A stretch of DNA of 64,000 nucleotides, taken from assembly GCF_963676685.1 (NCBI RefSeq), contig NC_092344.1:49662001-49726000 (forward strand). Reading direction: 5' to 3'. The position numbers and the translations under genes are program-made. Source of the DNA: Mytilus edulis. Lineage: Eukaryota. The notes under the pieces are model-generated. The model was given only the letters and a program-made list of their open reading frames with translations. It was not told the DNA's origin and did not search any database. Positions 13,081 to 24,002 of the stretch are shown here, piece by piece; positions within the stretch are counted from its first letter, which is position 1, and every line of letters begins with the position of its first letter.

Positions 13081-13999
13081 ATCTTTAAATTGAAATTACT
13101 TGAAAACCACTGCTTGAAATTTTGTGCGAATGGTTTTTTGAAACGTAGTTATCATTAGAACGTATCTGATTTAACAAACCTTGAGCGTATGTTTACAAAA
13201 AGGACGAGATCCAGCCTAATTTAAAACCAAACAATTGAACAATTTAGAAAAACAATTCTAGTGACATGTATTTTGCATCTCTTCTCTTTATGCTCCGTCA
13301 TTGAATATTATGATTGTTATCGCCAATCTGAAAATTATAAAGCAATTTACATCTCTGTTTTAGGTCTTAAATTACAAAAAGGCAACAAAAGTATACTGTT
13401 CGAAAGTCATTATTTTTCAACCCGGTCTGTTGAAACGTTTAAGGCCCTACTTCAATCTGTAATTTGCTCGCTAATTTGTTCTATGGTCTGTATATATGTC
13501 TATAAATTGGCATTGGAACCAAACTCATTGTCAAAAGAAAAAGGTCTGAAGTGTGAATATATGTTTTGTTGTTCCCTCTTGCGATCGGTGTACTTTTATA
13601 TCACCGTTTACCAAAAACTTGTTGATGGATTTTCCGTATCAACTTCTAAAATGATGGACTTTAAGTAGAATATGGATACTGACGTTGTTTATCATCTTCA
13701 TAACGTGCTATTGTAATATTTTACTTGTTTTTTTATTATTAATACTGTAAATCAACTTATTTCCGCGAGAGATTTATTTTTGCGACTTTTGCGAGTAGAA
13801 AAATAACGCAAATTTAATTAAAATAATTCAAGAAATATTATGGAATAAAACAAGCCGCATATCGTAACGGATTTGCTCATTGTTGAAGGTTGTACGGGGA
13901 CCTTTAGATGCTAATACCAACGTTGTTTTTACAGTTGAGTTGTCTCATAGGCAACAATTCCGCAACTCCTTAAGTTAATACTAATATTGGCCGCAGGGG

Positions 14000-15450
14000 G
14001 AAAACAGTAAACGAGGTCTGACAAGACGATACAAACCGCCGGCATTTTTAATATTGGCAAGTAGCTGTTTTTCTGGTAACAGAAGTAACAAAAGTTCCTC
14101 TAAGGAAAATTAGAGTGAACGAGGAGCACGATCCCACACTGACGCTAGGCAATAACTCGAATTACGCTTCCTTGGTACTCGGAGGATAGAATTCAAAACT
14201 GGTAACAGTGATGATCCGGCCGCTCAAGTACCACAGTAGAATATTTTAACATATGGTCTAACGTCGTAGAATTATAGGGTCATGACCTCCCTGTCATCTT
14301 GCTAGATCCCGCCAAATGAGAAGGTCTATACACTCTCATCCCAACGAAACGAGTTTACTACAACGTACTGAAATTTAATTTATAGACTCTTCAATTAGGA
14401 AATACTCGAGGTCTGTCGAGCCTGAATAAATCTCTAACTTGAGCTTTTATATTTGGATAGCAAAATACAAGGCCATGATTTAATTCTTCTTGAATATATC
14501 GAACAGTTGCATTAACTCGTTTACGAGTCGAATTGATAGTCACCTGATTTTCTGACAAGTGCCAGTATCTACGAGGCTAAATTTCACTCCACACCAATGA
14601 GAGATTTGGCAATAACACATGTAATCGCATAATGTCAAACCTTCGCCATCCAAAGTTGAATCAGAGCCCAAAACTGAAACAGATTTTAGCAAAAAACCTA
14701 AATGAATAAACTCACCTCGCCAAATTTACTCCTTAATCTCTAACGGAATATGAGCCCCAATCGGATCAAATATGCTAGGGATGCTTTCCGGAATGTGATT
14801 AACTAGATAAATTTCATTACTGGCGGAGTGCGAGCCTGTAATTAGCGACTGGGGCCTCCTACTATGATGGATTTTGGTCCCCTGTATGCGTATACATACC
14901 ATGACTATCTTTAATCGATGGGACCATCTCGACTTGGGAAACTATACTAGAATCATTATCGGCTGCTCTTTTGTTGACTGTTGTGGTAACATCGTACAAT
15001 TCAAGTCTCTGAGAAGCTGTACTCGACATCGGAACTCTCGAAGATGACGGACCAGGAATGGCTAATGTCACAGGGTCCAACTCCGCTAGGTCACTTTGGT
15101 TTTGGTTGGAGGCAATAATGTCGTCTCCGCTTACGTTTACCATAACTTGAGTTGAATGACTACCCGCCGAAATTATGTTTTGATTCAACGAGGAGCCACG
15201 CATGGGTCTTTTTGGATCAGAATGCACATGACTTTTACCAACATTTGGTAGCATTTTTCTCTGCAACAGATCGTAAACTATTAGGCAATTGCCTATTTCT
15301 TTTCTGAGGTTTCATCTGTGTTGTGGATGGAACTGGATTTTACAAAAACAATTTTGAACAAGCTTCCCGTTCAAACGTCAGAAAATTTAGAAGTGACGTC
15401 ACAGTACGGCAACGTCACATGACAGACACGGACAAAGTTCAAAATGCAAA
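14000..15450 (-). mobile_element. Second DIRS/Ngaro-like remnant: Gag-like 5' part joined to a decayed SGNH-hydrolase-like fragment
   Basis: 14643-15450 is highly similar to 543-1300. Left of ~14640 the minus strand reads LLPNLSLVWSEI*PRRYW and, further on, TRKRVN, resembling the SGNH ORF of Ngaro elements. Boundaries approximate. Confidence 0.65.
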
Positions 15451-16749
15451 GAAAAAAGGGGGGACTTGAAAATAAATGCGGAATTTTAACTTTTATTAAA
15501 CCTGTATTATCAGTTTACCGATAAACATTAATAAATCGTCGCGGATATGTAAGAATTGGATTTTTACATTATTTATCTTCAAGTAAATTTTGGAATCGCA
15601 AAATAGTCTAAAAAGGGCAATACTCGAAAATAAGTATCCACGAAATAAGTTGGTGTACAGTATTACTTTTACTTGATTTTTTATATTTTTGGCGATATCA
15701 AGTTGACGTGGCTGTGTAGTTACTGTATACACCACGTTATTGAGTTATTATTCTATGGGAAAAAAATGTGTGTTCTTGTCTTTCATTTGTGCTTATGTGC
15801 TTTGTCTATATTCCCTTTTGTGCTTCTTCTTTACATATTTGTTTGTTTTTATAATGATTAAGATTATAACACAATGTTGACTGCTGTACCCGTATTTTTT
15901 ACATTTATACCTTTGATGTCTGTTTGTTTTGTTCACACATCGTTGTCAATATAATGGAAATTTATGCAAATGTCATCCAAGTGAGAAATTAAGCTAGCTA
16001 TAAAACAAAATATGACAGTTGTGTCTATCCATTTCATGTGTTTGAGCTTTTGATTTGCCATTTAATTGCATCGAAATACAACCCAAGATAACAATCCAAA
16101 AATGAATTTAAAGAGTCGCATCAACACTGAAAATTAAATCTTTCACAAAATTGATCGTTAAACCAACTGGATCAAAGTCGCTGCTCTGGAGACGTTTTGT
16201 CCCCCCTGAAAATTGTATTTAACAAAAAATGTTAACTCGCAACGACAGAAGAAGGTTCTCTCAATACTTAGTTAAGATGAATGAATTTATCATAAAATAT
16301 ACACTAAACATAAAATGTTGACACGCAACGAAAAAGATTTATTTTATCCCAATACAAAACTGACCATGCCCAGATTTGACCTAACTTTGTTTTAATTAAT
16401 AGTGTCCATTTTCGTAAAATTCGTAACTGTTATTTATTTGAACTCTGTTTAGATAATTCTAGTAAATCAAATGCAGACTAATCGCAATAAGTGCGTATTA
16501 GATTGAAATCCTAATAATTATCTACTTAGAAGATTTTCCCAACGTCAACTAGATAACCTATAAGCAACGGTTTTCGAGACAATAAAAGCAAATAAAATCG
16601 CTAGTATTGCGTATTAGATTTAAAAGAAATCCTTATAATTACTTAAAAGAGTTTTCTAACGTCAACTAGATAACCTTTAAGCAGCCATTCGAAGAAAATA
16701 ATAATTTCGTCTTTAAGGAAATGAAAGACTTCAGTTATTTTTTTTTTCA

Positions 16750-17136
16750 AACTGTACAAGTCTCTGGCTACTACCAAAATTAATATAAAATGCATTAATT
16801 TGAGAACATTAACAATAGTTTAAAACAATACTTTTATTACACGTACATGTTTAATGACGTAATGGAAACTATGTCGATTGTAGGAGGAAACAAAATGTGT
16901 TATTGACCCTGATAACATTTCTTTTCATTTACATATATTGCAATTCCTTAGTACTACGACAGTGTGACATTTAAAAGTGCACCTATAATCTACAAATTCA
17001 TCATTTGCGGTTAACTTAGAATTTTCCTTGTGTACATGTGTATTATAAACAATATAATTAAAAACGGTATAAAAGAACGATTCGGAAGAAGTAAAACATT
17101 ATTCATTAGAAATAATTCCAATTGTTCAAAACAGAG
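16750..17136 (+). promoter_or_regulatory. Promoter and non-coding exon 1 of copy 3
   Basis: TGACGTAA 16855-16862, GTAGGAGGAAAC 16880-16891, TTGACC 16903-16908, TGCGGTT 17006-17012, TTCCTTG 17024-17030, TATAAAAG 17068-17075, donor GTAAGA after 17136. Confidence 0.7.
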
Positions 17137-17747
17137 GTAAGAAATTATTAAAGCAGAATCATAACTATTTGGTATAAATAAATATGAAAGATATTACAAT
17201 TTTGATAAGTACCATAGTAACAAAGATAGAAAATAAGTTATTAAAGATTTAGAAAATTTTATTTATACAGTTTTAAGCGTGATGCATAGTTCAATATTTT
17301 GGTTTTGAACTCAGTATTTTAAATTTAGATTCAGTAACACAATACTGCTTAAAAGTATAATTTATTTTCATAACTAATATTTACTGTGTTTTAAAATCTA
17401 TCGGAAGTTTAATTCGGAATGAAATAATTATTGGAGACATTCAAGTTATTAATCATTCGAAGTAATGTTTGTTTCTTATGTTTAAATACTGTAAAGGTAT
17501 ATGTTTATCTTATACTTATACTTGACAATCAATGCAAGTTATTCAAGTTCCTTTTTCTGCATTTGTAAATTTGTGAATAAACATCCGATGTATCTTTCTA
17601 ATTTGTAATGTGAACCTAATTTCTCTGTAAAATCATATTGCATTTATAAATTGAAGCTTTATTTCCACAATTTACATAATTCGTATTAAATTATTTGAAC
17701 TGCTATTTTGTAAGTAAGGATATTTTTCCTCTAAATTTCAGACTTGA

Positions 17748-18786
17748 ATGATGACATTCCAGACCATTTTCGTTTTGATGGCAATGGTCACAGTAACAGC
17801 AGCCGGTAAGAGAAATGTTCAATGTGTTTTAGTCGAAATTTATAAACTGTATCAAATAAAAGTGTTTTAATTGTACAGATAACATTTAAAAAAATAACAC
17901 AGAATGTTCTGATATTTCCGAAACCGAACAGTCTCTGCAATTGCTTACAACAACGTTCTTTTGCTAAAAGTGTGTAGTTGTTTTATTAACGATAATACTG
18001 GATATTATTGTATTGTTAAATAAAAATAATCCCTAGTATTTTTTTTCCAATTAATAAATTCATGAAAATCACATAAAGTGTCAGATGTTTAATTTTACAG
18101 TATATGTACCCTCGGATAAGCATGCATTAGATATACATGGAGTGGAGAAGGTTTTACTGGTCGAAAACACAGTTGGAAGAAACATAAACAGGCGTCGTGG
18201 TGAGGGATCTCTTTCTGTACTGGATGTCATTGATGCAAATAGACGAGCAGGATCAAGAGGAGTTGGAACATCTCATGGAATAGGCAGTGAATTTATTTCA
18301 CACGGGTCATCTTCCGGTAGAGGATTGTCTGGGTCTTCTGTTGGAGACAGGAACTCTGTATCTGGAATCATTAGAGGCTCTTCAACTGGTTTGTCTCGTG
18401 GTTTATCTGACGACGATGATCATTTCACCTCTGGCAGCCGAATTGGTTCATCTGGTCTAGTTAGAAATGTTGATCTGTCTAGAAATTCTCATTTGGAAAC
18501 TATTGGTAGTGGCCGTGGAGTGTCTGGTCATTCAGGTGCAGATATTCTTGACGCAATCAGTTCTGGACGAGGTGGGCGTGTTGTACTAGACACTGTTTCG
18601 TCCAGACGTAGTGGATCAGGTCGTACTTCTGGTTCAAGACTAGTTTCTCAGTCAGTGGTAGGAGGAAAAACTAATTGCAAAAACGACTGTTTTAGTGATG
18701 GAGATTGTCCAACAAACAGATACTGTGCCACTGTTAATTGTCACAGAATTTGTAGAAGAAGACTGTCAAATGGATACTCACCATGA
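17748..18786 (+). CDS. Secreted Gly/Ser/Arg-rich WAP-like protein, copy 3 (short type, 247 aa)
   Basis: Coding exons 17748-17805 (MMTFQTIFVLMAMVTVTAA) and 18101-18786; canonical GT-AG and an intact ORF. Confidence 0.9.
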
Positions 18787-21429
18787 AAAGGTTATCACCG
18801 AAATCCAGACTATGAACACTTTTTGCTATCTTTTTTAAAATAAAATATTGCATTCAGTTTTTGTTATTGTATAGATTTTCCGTTATTTCTTCAAAAATAT
18901 TGATAAGTCATTCGTTAAATCAAACTGATCAGAACAGATATAACAACATACAAACATATATACAGATATGAATAAAGATAATAAAATCATACAGCAATTG
19001 AAAAAAAATATTGGTGATTTGTTAAATTACAGTAACCCGTAACACAAAAACACATACCATAAACAATTATAAAAAAAATTTGTTCGCAAGGCAAAGATAA
19101 TTCCTTGTCAAGATCTACACTGATTTTTATTCTGAAATGAGAATATATTTTAATTGCGAAAACTGTTTACCTCGGGAAACAAAATGTTTATTTTTTAATT
19201 GTTATATGTATACATTCATATGGTCGGTCCTTATATGAACCATTTTTTAGCTTACTATGTGGTATGGGATCAATCATCGTTGAAGGTAATTCTGTGACCT
19301 AAATTTCAACATTGTTACGTGTGTGATGGATAATTGTCTTATATTTGTTAATCATTCCACATCTTGGTTTAATAGATAGGTAAAAGTGTTCCAGATGCAC
19401 CCGAACACTTTTTTTTGAAATTTCATTGTATTCATTAACATGATTAATGTATTTGTAAGAAAACATACATATAGTCATATTATGAATATAGAATAACGCT
19501 TCACATCTATTATTTATGGTATGAAACATACTTTTCTTATTTTATTTCACTGTCGAAAAAAAATCGATCAATATCAATGAATATGGTTTAGATTATGTGT
19601 TTTGTTTATCATTAATTAAATACAACCTCGTCCACCAAACGGCTAAAAGGATATATAAAAGTTTTGTCTAATTGGGGTTAAACCGAAGAACACCATAACA
19701 TTTTTCAAACAAGCTGAAATGAAATATGTATTTTGCATACTTAAATACGTTGCTTTCAATACCTGAAAACTCGAAAATGTTTCAACAATCAACCTTTTAT
19801 CTTGGTCCTTGGGTGAAATAATTATCCTTGAAATAACAAAATATGTACTTCTAATTCTTACATTTTCGTTACCCGTTCTTCGTTTGTTAAGAAATGACAG
19901 AATTAATTGTTGTTGTCTACAGTGGTCACTGTTGAACGTTTGTTTCCTGATGTAACTACCGTATGCATGATAATTATGACAGGAAGAACCTTTTTTTGTA
20001 TAAAAGAAGTTAAAACCTACGACCAATCAAACGTAACAACATAAAAGATGACCGGTAAAGATAACAGATTCGCAGAGACAATCATTGAAATAAAATGCAA
20101 AACAAACAATGATTAATAAGACAAGAAAGGCATACGTACAATATCACACAGCTGACTTCAGAATGACCTCAAATATCATAGAAAGGTAAAGCATTTTCTG
20201 CTTTGCATTGCAGTAATACACCAATTTTTGCAACTTTTGTGTTTAGACGTCGTGTTTAAGAGTAACTATCCATGAATTCTAGTTTTTGGTGACAAGTCTT
20301 AAAATAGGGCGCCATCGTGTCTTTGTCAGATGAAAAGTTTGCATGTTCATCTGTTATCTTCTGGACGATTTTAATCTAGTCCTTATTGAGTGTTAACAAA
20401 AGTTCGAAGAAATTTTCCCATGAAGTGAGCTTAAGTAACTTATTTCACTGATGTTCTCTATCATGGTTTGAAAAAAAACCTGAAATATTTGTTTTCTACT
20501 AATAAATCTTATCTATAGTATCTTTTAGCTTTAAAACTTTTAAGTAGTAGTATATCAAAATAGTATACAAATTCCGTGCGCTTAGATCTGTGTCATAATG
20601 GTTAAAGTTAAAAGTGTGCATGGCTACAAACAAACTGCACAGTGAGGGATAAATACCCATAGCATAGGTCAAAATTTTAATGCTTTTCTATACATCATAC
20701 ATTGCCATTACTGAAATCTTGTATTATAATGATAATTAGTTTAACCTCTCTGAGTTCTTTTTGTCGGAATATCTGATGGTGACATGAATCGTTGTAAAAG
20801 AAACGCACGCCTTATTTTGTTTATCAATTTACTATTTTTGTATCTATGATGAGTAATCAAAGGGTCGATGCTCAATCGTTAACCTGGTCCCTTTCTGTGA
20901 CGTCATTTTTTTCTGTATTAAGCTGTTATATTGGATATCATATTAAATGCTTCTACACAATTCTCAAAGTTTATAATATTTCAAACTAAAACCCCGCAGT
21001 GGTTTATTTTTTCTGAGGTAAGCCATTTTCGCTTATAGGATAAGTTAAACTTCTTTTTATGACATTTTTTCAGGTTTCATGTATACTTCTTTTTATAAAC
21101 AAAGATCATTTGACTGTCATACAAGTGCGACATGTGAGAGGTTTATCGCTATAAAACAAGGTTCAGTCCACCATTTTCTACATAAAAAATATGCCTGTAC
21201 GAAATTAGGAATATGACGGTTAATATCCATTCGTTTGATGTGTTTGAGTTATTGATTTTGTCATTTGGTTTGGTGTTATATCTAGAAACTGAGTATGATG
21301 GTCGGTTGAAAAAAAAAACTTTACGACAAAAAAATGATTTCAGCTTCCCAATTTTATCCTTTTCATTTTTAAATCACGAGATTTAAGTGGTGAAGTGGAA
21401 ATCATCACTTCTTACATTTTACGGACGAC

Positions 21430-21655
21430 ATCACGAGTTGGTTGACCGCTATTGAATATCTGTTATACAGATGCTATCGGATATGTTCCTTATGTCGTAA
21501 CTACAATCCCGTTTCCTTTTCAAGAACGTGACCTAACGAATTAGACTATTTATCGGCTTTGTAATATAATAAGCAACACGACTTGGAGAAGAATCTGCTT
21601 ACCTTTCCGGAGCACCTGAAATCACCCCAAGTTTTTGGTTGGGTTCGTGTTGCTG
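21430..21655 (-). mobile_element. Interspersed retroelement-like repeat (other copies at ~2270-2530 and ~57375-57700 in opposite orientation)
   Basis: Shared core TGCTCCGGAAGGGTAAGCAGATCCTGC...CGTGTTGCT...AGTCTAATTCG in three places. Confidence 0.55.
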
Positions 21656-22230
21656 TTGTACCTCTATTAGTGACATTTTTTACTATTGTGTCTGTTTTGT
21701 TCACGCATCGTTTTCAATATAATGGAATGTGATTAGACTTGCATACAAGTTAGAGGTTTAGTGCTATAAAACCAGGTTAAATCCTCCATTTTCTAGATTT
21801 GAAAATGCCTATACAAAGTCAGGAATATGACAGTTGTCCATTTGTTTGATTTGTTTTATAATTTGATTTTGCCATTTGATAAGGGATTTTCCGTTTTGAG
21901 CTTTCGTTGGAGTTCAATATTTTTGTGATTTAACTTTTGGATAATGTCTTTCGCTGGTTCTTTTTTTTTTAAAAGATTCTTTAGTTTTCCGATTTAACTT
22001 GCTATCAGCACGTATCTAATATAAAGAGTTTCAAACACTTCTTTGAGAATATGAATACCTTAAATAGTTATTTTAGACTGCAGATCAATTTAAAACTTGA
22101 TAAGGCATTGTGTTTATATTGGCAAATAAAGATTTTAGGCATCGCTCTACATTCTTTCATAACTGTTGTCGATAATTCATGAGAATCGTCCGTTGGTAAT
22201 CTGTGGTTTACAACTTGTAATGTGTAATTA

Positions 22231-22503
22231 TAGATTATCGTTGATCATCTCAACGAGATTGATTTTCTCGCTTGAGCTGGTACAGCGAAAGTGAGAAAAG
22301 CAATCGAGTTGAGATGACCAATGATAATCTGTTTATCGCTATTTTACCTAGGACGACGTTGTCAATTTCATGTCAATTTCGTTAGCAACGCCACGTGGCC
22401 TCCTTAGTTTCTAGCGATAATTTTTCCATCTCAAGCGAGAAGCATGATATGAATATTATCACAAAAAAAGATCAAAAGAAAAATGCACAAAATAGCGATA
22501 ATA
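22231..22503. mobile_element. Double inverted-repeat (hairpin) insertion
   Basis: Hairpin 22232-22330 (AGATTATCGTTGATCATCTCAAC...GTTGAGATGACCAATGATAATCT) followed by TTATCGCTATTTT...AAAATAGCGATAA. Absent from the paralogous 3' flank of copy 8 (~59000). Confidence 0.7.
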
Positions 22504-22897
22504 ATAAAATATATTTAAGTATTTCTCTGTACCGGTGTTTCTTACGTTTTGTTTGTACTTTATTCCTGCAACGTAGACATTTAAGCTGCATTGTAAACAT
22601 TGTTATATATACAGAAAGTTTGGCTAGGAGGGTTCAACGGACATTTTTCTTTCTTAAAATGTTTTTTTGTCAATTATTGTATGTGTTTTATTATCGTTTC
22701 TTCTAAACTGCGTTTATGTATGTATGTTGTTAAATTTTCTTCATTACCTTTATTAAATATTTGCTTTAACGCCTGAATTATCGTTATTTTATGATGTAGT
22801 ACGTAAAATTTTTACTATGGCACAATTTGAATGCAATATTTTATTGTATAAAAAATATAAATAATATTTCAAAGTCTGGATTTTGGTGATGGGCTTT

Positions 22898-24002
22898 TCA
22901 TCCTGTGTATCCTTTAGACGGTCTCCTTCTACAAATCATGTGACAATTAACAGTGGCACAGTATTTGCTCGTTGGACAATCGCCGTCACTAAAACAGTCT
23001 TTTTTGCAATCAGTTTTTCCTCCTAGTACTGACTGAAAAACGACTCCTGAACCAGAAGTACGACCTGATCCACTGCGTCTGGAATCAACATTATCTAGTC
23101 CAACTCGTCCGGAGCTGATTGCATCAAGAATATCAGAACCTGAATGACCAGACACTCCACGGCCACTATCTATGGTTTCCAAACGAGAACTGCGAGAGAG
23201 ATCAAAATTTCTAGCCAGACCAGATGTACCAATTCTGCTACCAGATGATATATGACCATCATTACTTGAAACACTGGTCAATCCAGATGATGAACTTCTA
23301 GAAGAAATGTCGACACAGTAACTGCTACAGCCATCATGTACACATTTATGTCCTGAACGACATAACTTGTCATCTCCACACCCATAATGACAATTACTGA
23401 TACTGTCATCGTCAGATAAAGCACGAGAGAAACCAGCTTGAGAGCCTCTTGATACAGAGACCCTTCCTCCAACAGAACCACCAGACAATCCTATACTAGC
23501 TGAAGAACCATGTGATAAAAATTCATTGCCTATTCCATGAGATGTTCCACCTGCTCTTGACCCTGTTCGTCTATTTGCATCAATGACGTCCAATACAGAA
23601 AGAGATCCACCACCACGACGGCCGTTTATGTTTCTTCCAACTATGTTTTCGACAAGCAAAACCTTTTCCACTCCATGTCTATCTAATGCATGTTTTTCCG
23701 TTGGTGCATAGACTGTAATATAAATATCTGACATTTTATATAACTTTCACAAATCAAGTAATACAAAAACTATGAAAATTAAAAATATGTTGATGTAAGT
23801 AAATCACCTTCTTCAGGACTGAAATTATACCTTTTTGATGATTTGTTATAGTAAGGCATTTATATTTTTGTATATTAACACCCTAAACACTTCTGTTAAA
23901 ACAGTTTGTAAACTTGCAGAAAGCAAATTGAATAGTTTACTTACCGGCGACTGTTATTGTGGACAATGCCATCAAAAAGAAAAAGGTCTGGAATATCATC
24001 AT
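22898..24002 (-). CDS. Secreted Gly/Ser/Arg-rich protein with two six-Cys WAP-like domains, copy 4 (long type, 290 aa)
   Basis: Coding exons 24002-23945 (MMIFQTFFFLMALSTITVA) and 23712-22898. Internal domain CHYGCGDDKLCRSGHKCVHDGCSSYC plus the terminal domain. TATA at ~24420-24427. Confidence 0.9.
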
